Assembly (NCBI GenBank): GCA_964347155.1
Contig: CAYFXR010000161.1
Span: 1-58,356 of the forward strand
Direction: 5' to 3'
DNA length: 58,356 nucleotides
Source of the DNA: an uncultured Nitrospiraceae bacterium
GTDB taxonomy: Bacteria; Nitrospirota; Thermodesulfovibrionia; UBA6902
Part shown: positions 44,082-53,806 of the stretch, one piece after another
Layout: each line of letters begins with the position of its first letter
Numbering within the stretch: position 1 is the stretch's first letter
The notes under the pieces: model-generated
What the model was told of the DNA's origin: nothing
Databases searched by the model: none
What the model saw: the letters and a program-made list of their open reading frames with translations, nothing else
Made by a program: the position numbers and the translations under genes

Positions 44082-45872
44082 ATGAACGATGAAATGGAAG
44101 AAATAATATCAGAGTTTATTACAGAATCCGAAGAATCGCTTGACAAGATAGAACCCCTCTTTGTTGAGCTTGAACAGAATGGTCACGACAGGGAACTACT
44201 TAATGATATATTCAGGTCAATGCATACTATCAAGGGTGCAGCGGGCTTTTTAGGTTTTAAGGCAATAGTTGATGTAGCACATTCATCAGAAAATATTATG
44301 AAAAAGCTCCGTGACGGAGAAGTCCCCTTTTCAAAACAACTGATGGATGTAATTCTAAAATCCATTGACATGCTCAGATTACTCCTGAATCATTTAAAAA
44401 GAAAAGACAATGAAGAAGAAAACGTTACTCCATTAGTGCAGGAACTGGAAGATGCCTTAAAGACTGCCATGTCAAAGCCGTCCGATGACAAAGATGTACC
44501 TTCGCCTTCTCCCGCAGATAATACTGATCAAAAAGCTGAAGAAATTATACAAAATTCTGAACAGATACAGGAAATACCTAAAACCGTACAGGCTGCAGAA
44601 AGCCCTGTGCAAAAACAAGGGGAATCAACACAGACACTTAAAGATGCCCCTCAAAAACCAAAAGAAACAGCACAGAATCTAAGGGTAGATGTTGAAAGAA
44701 TAGACAAGGTCATGAACCTTGCAGGCGAGGTAGTGCTGATAAGAAACAGACTTTTGAACATATCACGATATTTTGAACAACAGTATACCGGTGACTTCCA
44801 TACGGAAACATTAATGGAAACCGTCTCATTTCTCGATCGCGTTACATCTGATTTGCAGCTAGCTGTAATGAAGATCCGTATGCAGCCCATTAAAAAGGTC
44901 CTCAGTAAATTCCCGAGATTTTTAAGGGATACATGTGCTTCGGTTAATAAAGATGTTGATTTACAGATCTTTGGAGAAGGCACAGAAGTTGATAAATCAG
45001 TAATAGAACATATCGGAGATCCTTTAATGCACATATTAAGAAATTCCATTGACCACGGCCTTGAATCTACAGAAGAAAGGCTTGCCAAGGGCAAGCCGCC
45101 AAGAGGCAGGATTGTGATAAGCATATTTCAAAAAGGCAACCAGATTGTAATCGAGATTTCTGATGACGGAAAAGGATTGGATATAGAAAAACTTAAAAAT
45201 AAAGCAATTGAGAAGGGCTTGTTAAACGAAGAAGAAGCTGACAAAATGTCTGACGAGGCTGCAACTGATATCATATTTATGCCCGGTTTCTCTACGAAAG
45301 AAGTTGCCACAGAGCTCAGCGGTCGCGGCGTAGGAATGGATGTGGTCAAGACAAATATATCGTTTCTGAACGGCTACGTCGAAGTAGTAACCCAAAAAGA
45401 TATAGGTACAACATTCAGGATATGCATACCTTTAACACTTGCAATAATCCAGGCATTAATGGTTGAGGTCTCCGGAGCCAAATATGCAATACCCTTATCA
45501 CCCATAGAAGAAACTCTCAAGGTTTCAAAAGATGACATTGATAACATTACAGGTCAAAATGTCATCATTATCCGCGACAGGGTCTGCCCTCTTTTTGAGC
45601 TTAATAGCCTTCTGGGGATGGGTTTTAATGGAAACAATGAAAATGAAACAGAGCACAAGTATTTAGTTGTTATTGCAATGGGCGATAAAAGGTTTTGTAT
45701 CGCCGTTGACAAACTTCTAGGGCAAGAGGAAGTCGTGATCAAGTCACTCGACGGCATAGATACCACATCTTCGTACGTCCTCGGAGCAACCATAACAGGT
45801 GATGGAAAAGTTGTTTTTATACTTGATGTCACAGGAATATCAAAAAATCTTTTTAATATCACAAAGGTCTAG
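44082..45872 (+). CDS. cheA: chemotaxis histidine kinase CheA
   Basis: 596 aa. Hpt HTIKGAAGFLG, HATPase region (DDGKGLD, GRGVGMDVV) and a CheW-like C-terminal domain. Confidence 0.96.
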   Translation: MNDEMEEIISEFITESEESLDKIEPLFVELEQNGHDRELLNDIFRSMHTIKGAAGFLGFKAIVDVAHSSENIMKKLRDGEVPFSKQLMDVILKSIDMLRLLLNHLKRKDNEEENVTPLVQELEDALKTAMSKPSDDKDVPSPSPADNTDQKAEEIIQNSEQIQEIPKTVQAAESPVQKQGESTQTLKDAPQKPKETAQNLRVDVERIDKVMNLAGEVVLIRNRLLNISRYFEQQYTGDFHTETLMETVSFLDRVTSDLQLAVMKIRMQPIKKVLSKFPRFLRDTCASVNKDVDLQIFGEGTEVDKSVIEHIGDPLMHILRNSIDHGLESTEERLAKGKPPRGRIVISIFQKGNQIVIEISDDGKGLDIEKLKNKAIEKGLLNEEEADKMSDEAATDIIFMPGFSTKEVATELSGRGVGMDVVKTNISFLNGYVEVVTQKDIGTTFRICIPLTLAIIQALMVEVSGAKYAIPLSPIEETLKVSKDDIDNITGQNVIIIRDRVCPLFELNSLLGMGFNGNNENETEHKYLVVIAMGDKRFCIAVDKLLGQEEVVIKSLDGIDTTSSYVLGATITGDGKVVFILDVTGISKNLFNITKV

Positions 45873-47492
45873 ATGAGAATGAAATTTCCAAGATTTGATA
45901 ATGTAACAATCAATATACGGAAAAAACTCTTAATAGGAATCATACCTTTTTCATTACTGATGTGCCTGATAATCGTAGGCACTTTTTTTTACAATCAAAA
46001 TGTATTGGAACTCACAGATCACTACACTGAAATAGAACTGTCTGATTCTTTACTTAACTACCTGTACGGCTTTAAAAAAGCCCTTAATAATGCTTCTCAT
46101 GATGAAGTACAGAAATTATTTGAAGATCAAATTCAGATTGAATCAACGATAGAAAAATTAAAAGATATTTCAAAAGATAAAAATCTAGAGGAAATTCAAG
46201 AACTATTTTTCAGATATTTTGCAAAGGGTAAGTCTCTACCAATGTTATCAGCAAAAGAAGATATGTCCGCTGTACGCAATGAACTAGTGAATATATCAAA
46301 TGCACTGGAAGAAAAAATAACTGATTTCTATCACAAAGAACATAATCTTCTGATGGATAATATAGGAAAAGTGAGAAAATCTTCTTTTGGTTCAAGGAGC
46401 TTTATTTTTATATTTACCATTTTAACTATTTTATCGGTTATTGTTGCCATTTACCTAACAAATAGAGACTACGGCGCCTCAATTGATAATATGGTTTTTA
46501 TTGCTCAGGCGATTTCTGATGGTGATTTAACCCGGAAGGATATTGATGTCAGGACACACGATGAACTTGAAAAATTCAGTAATTCCCTGAATAAAGTCAA
46601 ACATAAACTAACGAGAATAATCACGAAGATAAAAGAAACAACTAATAATCTCACAACATTTTCAGATAGTCTGTTGGTATCTTCGGAAACTATTATTGAA
46701 GATACCAAGGCACAAGTTACTAATACGAACAAAGTGGCAAGCTCTGTTGAAATGATGAGCATCGTGGTGTTTGACGTGACAAAAAATTCAAGCAATGCTG
46801 CCAACTTTGCAAAGGAAGCAGCAGATCTTGCTATCAAGGGTGGAGACGTTGTCGCTGAAACTATTAACGGTATGAATAAGATATCACAATCCGTTAACAA
46901 TACTGCCAATACCATTGAAGCACTGGGTAAAAGTTCTGAACAAATCGGTGAAATTGTTCAGGTGATCAATGATATTGCCAACCAAACCAATTTACTTGCC
47001 CTGAATGCAGCTATTGAAGCCGCCCGGGCAGGAGATCAGGGAAGAGGTTTTGCGGTAGTCGCAGACGAGGTAAGAAAGTTAGCAGAGAGAACCACATCAG
47101 CTACTAACGAAATAGAAGACATGATCAAAAACATTCAGGAAGAGACCAGAAATGCAGTAGAGTCAATGCAATCCGCAACAAAGGAAGTAGAAGAAGGCGC
47201 AAACTCAGCCAATCAGGCCGACGAATCCCTGAAGCAGATAATGGCTTCGGTTCAGAATGTAATGGATATGGTTCAGCAAATTGCCGAATCTGCCAAGCAT
47301 CAAACCTCTACAGGTGAAGAAGTTTCTTCAAATTTGCAGGAAATCGTTAACGAGAACACGAGAACCGCAAATATTGCCCATGATTATTTTGACACGACAA
47401 AAAAATTAAATACACTCTCACAGGAACTAAAGTCTTTGATTGGTAATTTCAAGGTGCATAATGGCGATAAGGGAAGTTTATCATCTGTGTAA
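45873..47492 (+). CDS. methyl-accepting chemotaxis protein
   Basis: 539 aa: TM-sensor-TM-HAMP plus the conserved signalling hairpin [37 protein letters not shown]. Confidence 0.93.
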   Translation: MRMKFPRFDNVTINIRKKLLIGIIPFSLLMCLIIVGTFFYNQNVLELTDHYTEIELSDSLLNYLYGFKKALNNASHDEVQKLFEDQIQIESTIEKLKDISKDKNLEEIQELFFRYFAKGKSLPMLSAKEDMSAVRNELVNISNALEEKITDFYHKEHNLLMDNIGKVRKSSFGSRSFIFIFTILTILSVIVAIYLTNRDYGASIDNMVFIAQAISDGDLTRKDIDVRTHDELEKFSNSLNKVKHKLTRIITKIKETTNNLTTFSDSLLVSSETIIEDTKAQVTNTNKVASSVEMMSIVVFDVTKNSSNAANFAKEAADLAIKGGDVVAETINGMNKISQSVNNTANTIEALGKSSEQIGEIVQVINDIANQTNLLALNAAIEAARAGDQGRGFAVVADEVRKLAERTTSATNEIEDMIKNIQEETRNAVESMQSATKEVEEGANSANQADESLKQIMASVQNVMDMVQQIAESAKHQTSTGEEVSSNLQEIVNENTRTANIAHDYFDTTKKLNTLSQELKSLIGNFKVHNGDKGSLSSV

Positions 47493-47638
47493 TAAAGGAT
47501 ATCAAATGCAACAATATAGGATTTCACCTTTGTAGAGGCACTTTTGAATGACTATGGTGTTTAAATTCACGAGACCTTGATTTTCAGGGATTTGAGAATT
47601 TTTGAAGATCCTGAATAAAAAATAAGGAGGTAAGATAT

Positions 47639-48094
47639 ATGGAAACTTCAATAGTAGGGGAACAAATAATGCAATTAGTTACATTTACCCTTAAAAACGA
47701 GGAATATGCAGTGGACATCCTGAATGTACAAGAGATAAACAGAATAGTTGAGATCACAAGGGTACCGAATTCACCAGACTATGTTGAAGGGGTGATTAAC
47801 CTCAGGGGCAAGGTCATCCCTGTTATAAACCTCAGGAAAAAATTCGGATATGAAGAAAAAGATACTGATGAGACTTCAAGGATTATCATTATGGATATAA
47901 AGGGAATAACAAATGGGCTTATCGTAGATTCTGTCTCAGAAGTATTAAGGATACCTTCAAACGTGGTTGAACCACCGCCGCCAATGTCATCAGATTTGAG
48001 CAGTATGTACATAAAAGGCATAGCAAAGCTGGAAAACAGACTCATTATACTTATAGATATTGACAAGCTGATGGGAGAGACAGTACAACTGTAA
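47639..48094 (+). CDS. cheW: chemotaxis coupling protein CheW
   Basis: 151 aa with SD AAGGAGG. YAVDILNVQEINRIVEITRVPNSPDYVEGVINLRGKVIPV. Confidence 0.93.
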   Translation: METSIVGEQIMQLVTFTLKNEEYAVDILNVQEINRIVEITRVPNSPDYVEGVINLRGKVIPVINLRKKFGYEEKDTDETSRIIIMDIKGITNGLIVDSVSEVLRIPSNVVEPPPPMSSDLSSMYIKGIAKLENRLIILIDIDKLMGETVQL

Positions 48095-48147
48095 ATTGAG
48101 AAAACAATTTCAACGTAAACCTCTATCTATGATACAGGACAATCTAC

Positions 48148-49188
48148 ATGGTTAAGGTACTTATTGTTGATGACTCAGCCTTTATGCGAAATACAATCTC
48201 CAGTATGATTTCCGCTGATCCTGAGATTAAGGTAATAGGTTTTGCAAGAAATGGCATCGAAGCCGTTGAAAAAGTGGCTGAACTCAAGCCGGATATTGTT
48301 ACCATGGATATCGAAATGCCAAAGATGGATGGAATCGAAGCTCTCAAACATATAATGGCGAAGAATCCCGTTCCTGTCTTAATGGTCAGCTCATTAACTA
48401 CTGAAGGCGCAAAGATTACACTTGACGCCCTTGACATTGGTGCCGTTGACTTTATACCAAAGAATCTCGAAACCCTTTCTCTTAACATAATCAAAATTAA
48501 AGAAGTTTTAATAGAAAAAATTAAAATCCTTGGCAAAAACAGACCCGCTTTAAACAAGAAAACCCAATCTCATACACCGATTCAGATGCTAAAGACAGCC
48601 GGGTATGATCCTCACAGAAATATAAGTATTGTTGTAATCGGGACATCTACAGGTGGACCCAAGGCATTGCAAAATATCATCACAAAAATTCCAGAAAATT
48701 TTCCGGTCCCTATCCTTATTGCTCAGCATATGCCCCCAAATTTCACAGGCCCTTTTGCAGAAAGATTAAATCAATTGAGCAGCATAGAAGTTAAAGAGGC
48801 GGAAGACGGGGAACCTTTAAAGAAAGGTGTAGCATTTATAGCTCCAGGCAGGGGTCATATGGGGATTATTAGAAAAAAACTTACAGAGACCTTAATAATC
48901 ATAAATGAAGACAATGGAAAACATATATATAGACCGTCTGTTGATGCGCTTATGCTATCAACTGTTGATAATTTTTCCGGCCATGTGCTCGGTGTAATTC
49001 TCACTGGTCTCGGAAATGACGGTGAAAAGGGAATGAAGGAGATCAAGAATAAAGGTGGCAAGACTATCGCTGAGAGTGAAGAAACATGTGTTGTCTACGG
49101 AATGCCCAAAGCAGTCATACAAGCAGGTATTGCAGACAAAATTGTGCCACTTGATAAAATAGCCGGAGAGATTATTAATATGGTGTAG
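48148..49188 (+). CDS. cheB: chemotaxis methylesterase CheB (REC + esterase)
   Basis: 346 aa. Receiver domain VLIVDDSAFMR and esterase motifs GTSTGGP / GLGNDG. Confidence 0.95.
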   Translation: MVKVLIVDDSAFMRNTISSMISADPEIKVIGFARNGIEAVEKVAELKPDIVTMDIEMPKMDGIEALKHIMAKNPVPVLMVSSLTTEGAKITLDALDIGAVDFIPKNLETLSLNIIKIKEVLIEKIKILGKNRPALNKKTQSHTPIQMLKTAGYDPHRNISIVVIGTSTGGPKALQNIITKIPENFPVPILIAQHMPPNFTGPFAERLNQLSSIEVKEAEDGEPLKKGVAFIAPGRGHMGIIRKKLTETLIIINEDNGKHIYRPSVDALMLSTVDNFSGHVLGVILTGLGNDGEKGMKEIKNKGGKTIAESEETCVVYGMPKAVIQAGIADKIVPLDKIAGEIINMV

Positions 49189-49238
49189 TCAAATTTGTGA
49201 GAGGAAAGAGTCTATTTTTCATAATCAGGAAAAAACGC

Positions 49239-49266
49239 TAAAGTTTTTACAAAATATGTCCGATTA
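49239..49266 (+). promoter_or_regulatory. sigma28-type promoter candidate upstream of the two-CW gene
   Basis: TAAAGTTT-N12-TCCGATTA. The -35 half is identical to that of the fliC promoter. Confidence 0.55.
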
Positions 49267-49333
49267 ATAAATGTGATTTATGGATAAAATGAGTAAGCAG
49301 TAAAAAAATAAACCAAAAAGAGGGAGAGGTAAA

Positions 49334-49645
49334 ATGTATAAAACGAATTGCTGGGAAATTAAAAAGTGCGGCAGGGAACCAGGTGGCAGTAAAAATCAAG
49401 AACTTGGAATTTGTCCGGCAGCCACAGAAGCCTCATGTGATGGTATTAATAACGGTAAAAATGCTGGACGGATATGCTGGGCTATTGCCGGTACATTCTG
49501 CGGAGGCAAGGTACAGGGCGACTTTGCGCAAAAATCGGTTTCCTGTATGTCCTGTGACGTATTCAAGCAGGTGAAAGCCGATGAGGGTGCAGAAAACTTC
49601 ACCCTGTTAAAACCCGGCCAAGTTTATCACGCTTCTGCTAAATAA
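49334..49645 (+). CDS. small Cys-rich protein resembling the 'two-CW' domain family
   Basis: 103 aa with strong SD AGAGGGAGAGG. NCWEIKKCGREPGG...ICPA...RICWAIAGTFCGG...CMSCDVF: two CW dipeptides and 8 Cys. The family name is recalled from memory, not searched. Confidence 0.65.
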   Translation: MYKTNCWEIKKCGREPGGSKNQELGICPAATEASCDGINNGKNAGRICWAIAGTFCGGKVQGDFAQKSVSCMSCDVFKQVKADEGAENFTLLKPGQVYHASAK

Positions 49646-49900
49646 AAGAACCTGACGATTTTAGAAAGCTAAACTCCCTGTAAGAGAAATCAAAGAGAGT
49701 TTACACGGAGATCAATCGGTACGAGTCATTTAACGAGGCAAGTTAAAGCAATCTCGTAATCGAGTCGTACCGACCTGAGCGGAAACCCGCCTCGGGATGT
49801 CCGGCTATTTTCATTCTTCATTTTGTACCTCAGTGGCATCAGGGTTTGGGTAATATCCTTTTTCTTCAGTAATAGCCTTTTTTTATCCGAAAAAAATCTA

Positions 49901-49996
49901 TTAATGCAAAAAATGTATTTAATATAATATCCCGATGTGTCGGGATTGGAAAAAAATTTATTTATCGATACCGTAAACGCAACTCCAACTAATCCA
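49901..49996 (+). repeat. MITE/REP-like element, left portion only (copy G)
   Basis: TTAATGCAAAAAATGTATTT...TCCCGATGTGTCGGGA...TTTATCGATACCGTAAACGCAACTCCAACTAATCC. It shares its internal variant with copy F, and no clear right TIR is present. Confidence 0.6.
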
Positions 49997-50061
49997 AGGG
50001 GAATGACAGAAACAACATTTTCATCTTTCGTGGTGACCCATAGGGGCATGATTGTTTGAAT

Positions 50062-50088
50062 TAAAGAAACACATAAAAAAGCCGATAA
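50062..50088 (+). promoter_or_regulatory. sigma28 (FliA) promoter upstream of the sensor diguanylate cyclase
   Basis: TAAAGAAA-CACATAAAAAA-GCCGATAA: exact -10 box and 11-nt spacer. Confidence 0.75.
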
Positions 50089-50141
50089 AATATCAATAAA
50101 ATGAACGTAATAAATAAACATTATTGTACGGGTATTCATTA

Positions 50142-52406
50142 ATGTTCCAGACAATCAGGAACAAATTTGTCATTTTTTTCATTCTCCTAGTTACCATTAC
50201 GATCACTCTGATCGGTATTGTAAGCGACTATATAATTCAAAAACATATTACTTATGGTGTCTCAAAAGACTTTTTAGAGGATCTGAAGCATGAAATTTCA
50301 AAGATAGACTCATTTATCAATGAAGTTAAAACAGATATTGATTACCTTTCGGATAATGCCGCATATAACTTTATCAGATCTGTTGATGCCGGGGAAAAAG
50401 ATGAGATAGAAAAGTGGCGTTTGCTGCTGGAGGATAAATTCATTAAATACATGGAGGTAAAGAAGATATACGCACATATAAGATATATTAATATCAAGGG
50501 AGAAGAGATTATAAATGTGGCCTTTGACGGGAAAAAGGCAAAAATTAACACGGGAAAAACAAATAATGATAAAGATCTCACGGCGTTTATAGAAGCTATG
50601 AAACTTAACAAGGGTATGATCTATATATCGCCATTGAAACTCAAAAGAAAAAACAATAAGGTAAAGATACCACTTGAGCCAATCATATGTTTTGCCAAGC
50701 CCATCTATAATGGCATAGACGAAAAATCTGACATCCTCATAATCGATGTCTTTGTAGAAGAACTTCTTAAGAAGCTGGATCATGTCAATTCCGGCAACTT
50801 AATGCTTGTAAACAGAGATGGTTATTTCCTGGTCCATCCTGATGAAAATGTTGAATTCGGGTTTGATATTCCCGAAAATAGCGGGAAGCATTTACATAAT
50901 TACTATCCTGATCATTCTGGAGAAATTTTGAGTAAACGATCCGGTTATGTGGACACTGGTAAAGGATGGGTAACTACCTGGCTCTACTGGATTTATAACC
51001 CGGGAGACAAATTAATTGTATATCAAAGTATTTTTCTCAATTCAATGGATAAAACCCATTATTGGGTGCTTATCAAATCAGGAAACAAGAAGGAACTCCT
51101 TGGCACTCTTATGACGATAAGGGTTGTAATGCTTGCAGTATCATTTTTATTTTTTGCCATAATCTTCCCTGTGATCATCTTTTTCAGCTGGAGACTTACT
51201 GATTCTATATCCAGGTTAAAAAAGGCTATGGAAGGCTTTGAGAAGGCAGAAGGTATTGAGGAACTGAATATAAAAACAAATGACGAGTTTAGTGATCTGA
51301 CACGATCATTTGTTACAATGGCAGAGAGTCTATACTGCACAAAGATGAGCCTGAATACAGAATTTCAGCGTCTCAAGAACCTTGTAAAATTTAGCAGGTT
51401 GGTAGGAGAAGAAATTTCCGAGAAAGAATGTTACACAATACTCATGAGGTTCCTGTCCAAAAGTTTTTACTTCGATAAAGTCATAGTAATCAGCTTTAAC
51501 AACAGCAAAAGTATCGCTGAAGTTATTGTCTCTTACGAGGGGAAAAATGGCAACCTCATTCTCAATACCTCCCCCCACTTTGATTTAAAGGTCATTGAAG
51601 ATCCCAGTCTCTGCAGGGCGTTAAGGTCCGGACGTAAATTTGTTGTCAATAATATTGAATCAGATTATCGGTGCCATTATCAAGAAGTAGATCAGGATAA
51701 AGGCAGTTGTGCATGCTTCCCGGTGGTTACAGGTGGTGCAGTCCTGGGATGGATTCACATGGTCAATTTGAATAAAGATTACTTTTCTGAAGAACGGTGC
51801 TTTATGATCGAATCCTATATCAATACACTTGCCCCTGCTATAAACAGTATACGCCTCCTTAATGCCCATAGGAAGATGTCTGTTGTTGATCCACTGACAG
51901 GACTTTATAATCGCAGGTTTTTAGAAGAGATACTCGAAAGGCAAATCGCTATAGCAGAGAGATATAAACAGTCATTAAGCATAATAATGGCGGATATCGA
52001 TCATTTCAAGAAATTTAATGACACTCATGGGCATGCATTTGGAGATAATGCCCTGAGGCTTATCTCTAAAATTATCCTTATGAGTGTTCGTGAATCAGAT
52101 ACAGTAGCCCGTTACGGGGGAGAGGAATTCATCATGGTTCTTCCTAATACCGATCTTGACTCTGCATGTCTACTGGCAGAAAAAATCAGAAAGGCCATTG
52201 AGCAATTTGACATTACAAATGATAAAGATATGATAGAAAGGGTAACAATAAGTATGGGGGTATCTAATTATCCTAATGTGGCCTATTCAATGAATGATTT
52301 GATCAATTCAGCAGATAGCGCTCTTTATCAGTCCAAGGCAAGAGGCAGGAATATGGTAACCAAAGCTGAGAAGAGCATGGTAAAGAGTATAATAATCGTG
52401 GATTAA
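50142..52406 (+). CDS. sensor diguanylate cyclase (TM - periplasmic Cache-like - TM - HAMP - GAF-like - GGDEF)
   Basis: RYGGEEF active site with a RESD I-site. The start is taken at the ATG (MFQTIRNKF...); the ORF-track start at 50124 is a TTG. No SD precedes either. Confidence 0.88.
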   Translation: MFQTIRNKFVIFFILLVTITITLIGIVSDYIIQKHITYGVSKDFLEDLKHEISKIDSFINEVKTDIDYLSDNAAYNFIRSVDAGEKDEIEKWRLLLEDKFIKYMEVKKIYAHIRYINIKGEEIINVAFDGKKAKINTGKTNNDKDLTAFIEAMKLNKGMIYISPLKLKRKNNKVKIPLEPIICFAKPIYNGIDEKSDILIIDVFVEELLKKLDHVNSGNLMLVNRDGYFLVHPDENVEFGFDIPENSGKHLHNYYPDHSGEILSKRSGYVDTGKGWVTTWLYWIYNPGDKLIVYQSIFLNSMDKTHYWVLIKSGNKKELLGTLMTIRVVMLAVSFLFFAIIFPVIIFFSWRLTDSISRLKKAMEGFEKAEGIEELNIKTNDEFSDLTRSFVTMAESLYCTKMSLNTEFQRLKNLVKFSRLVGEEISEKECYTILMRFLSKSFYFDKVIVISFNNSKSIAEVIVSYEGKNGNLILNTSPHFDLKVIEDPSLCRALRSGRKFVVNNIESDYRCHYQEVDQDKGSCACFPVVTGGAVLGWIHMVNLNKDYFSEERCFMIESYINTLAPAINSIRLLNAHRKMSVVDPLTGLYNRRFLEEILERQIAIAERYKQSLSIIMADIDHFKKFNDTHGHAFGDNALRLISKIILMSVRESDTVARYGGEEFIMVLPNTDLDSACLLAEKIRKAIEQFDITNDKDMIERVTISMGVSNYPNVAYSMNDLINSADSALYQSKARGRNMVTKAEKSMVKSIIIVD

Positions 52407-52475
52407 GATAAATGATGCGTCCTGATTGTCTATCCCCTGATGGTCTACGAGTCATTGAGGACGGGACAAAGGGGA

Positions 52476-52494
52476 GGGTGAAAAAACTTCACCC
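52476..52494. terminator. stem-loop between the convergent GGDEF and flgE genes
   Basis: GGGTGAA-AAAAC-TTCACCC within a G/C-rich context. Weak T-tracts on both sides. Confidence 0.45.
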
Positions 52495-52521
52495 CCACCC
52501 TACCCTTTTATTAATCTAGTT

Positions 52522-53805
52522 TTATCGTTTCAAGTTTACCAGTTCCATCATAAGTTCGTCTGTCGTCGACACTATCCTGGAGTTCGCCTGAAATCCACGC
52601 TGTGATATGATCATCTTGACAAATTCTGAGGCAAGGTCAACATTACTCAGTTCAAGTGTATTTGATAACAATTTTCCAGTACCGGTATCTCCCGGTGCAG
52701 TAATAATCGGCTGCCCGGACTCATAAGACTCAGCATAAAGGTTTCTACCCATTTTTGTAAGCTCACTTGGAGCAATAAATTTTGAGAGGGCGATCTTTGC
52801 AATATTCTTGGTCTGTCCATTGGTAAAAATACCTGTCATTACACCATCATCAGCTATAGTTATGTTCTTTAATGATCCTGCAGTATAGCCATCCTGGTCC
52901 TGGAATGCCGTTGTTGATGTGGAGCCAAACTGGGTGGTACCATCTAAACCTGTTCCACCTTCTGTAATAGAAGTACCAAAATCAAAAACCATAATCTGAC
53001 CTGCCGCAGCTCCACCGTTAAAATCAAACCCGCCCGAGGCAAGGGGATACGTTATTGCGCTTTCATTATCAAGCGCACCGTTGTTATCAAAATCCAATGT
53101 GCCCTGTGCCTGAATCTCTTTCAACCCGCTTAATGAATCTGCATCATTCACAACCGCAAACCACTGCCATGTATTTCCTGTTACTGTTTCGGCAGACTTC
53201 CTGAAATAGACGTTAATAATATGCCCATTTCCGAGTGAATCATAGACTGTCATCGAGGTTGAAAAATTTGCTGTGTTATCAGGGTCACTGACATCAAAAG
53301 CAGCAGGTACCGTCTCTCTCGAATCAAGATTCACATTGATATATACGTTATCAGTATCATTAGGCTGGCTGTTTATCGAAGCAACATTTATATCACCGAG
53401 CACACTCGTTGGAACCCCCGTTTCAGAGAATTGATAACCCTGCACACGTTTACCATCGGGACTGACTGCATAACCCGTTTTGTCAATACCAAATTGCCCT
53501 GCCCTTGTATAATAGGTATCAGTCCCTTCCTTTAAAATGAAAAAACCGTCACCATCAATAGCCAGGTCTAAGACACTGGAAGTACTCTCAAATGCTCCCT
53601 GTGTAAACTGGGGCGACACCTTACTTACCATTACACCTCTTCCAATCTGTGCCGACCCCATTGTTTGACTGAGCACATCTCCAAATGCAACGGTACTCAC
53701 CTTAAAGGCAGTAGTGTTCATGTTAGCTACATTATCACCAATTACTGAGAGAGCCGTACCATTCGAATTCATCCCACTAACTGCCGTAAATAAGGACGTA
53801 AGCAT
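52522..53805 (-). CDS. flgE: flagellar hook protein FlgE
   Basis: 427 aa. N-terminus FTAVSGMNSNGTALSVIGDNVANMNTTAFK and C-terminus LELSNVDLASEFVKMIISQRGFQANSR. Confidence 0.95.
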   Translation of the reverse strand: MLTSLFTAVSGMNSNGTALSVIGDNVANMNTTAFKVSTVAFGDVLSQTMGSAQIGRGVMVSKVSPQFTQGAFESTSSVLDLAIDGDGFFILKEGTDTYYTRAGQFGIDKTGYAVSPDGKRVQGYQFSETGVPTSVLGDINVASINSQPNDTDNVYINVNLDSRETVPAAFDVSDPDNTANFSTSMTVYDSLGNGHIINVYFRKSAETVTGNTWQWFAVVNDADSLSGLKEIQAQGTLDFDNNGALDNESAITYPLASGGFDFNGGAAAGQIMVFDFGTSITEGGTGLDGTTQFGSTSTTAFQDQDGYTAGSLKNITIADDGVMTGIFTNGQTKNIAKIALSKFIAPSELTKMGRNLYAESYESGQPIITAPGDTGTGKLLSNTLELSNVDLASEFVKMIISQRGFQANSRIVSTTDELMMELVNLKR

Positions 53806-53806
53806 T

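Noticed and set aside
49674-49810. A known riboswitch (c-di-GMP-I/II, TPP, ZTP, guanidine-I) upstream of the GGDEF gene.
   Set aside because: Only fragments resemble known cores: ACCUGA...GGGA as in TPP P4-P5, and GGAAAC and ACCGACC as in c-di-GMP-II but in the wrong order. The invariant elements (CUGAGA, GGCAAA/ACGCAAAGC and others) are absent. The cyclase's own sigma28 promoter also lies downstream of the island.
49726-50154. A 142-aa minus-strand ORF in the spacer between the two-CW gene and the sensor cyclase.
   Set aside because: It reads through repeat copy G, the structured GC-rich island and the sigma28 promoter of the cyclase. It has no SD and no family resemblance, so it is most likely a chance ORF.
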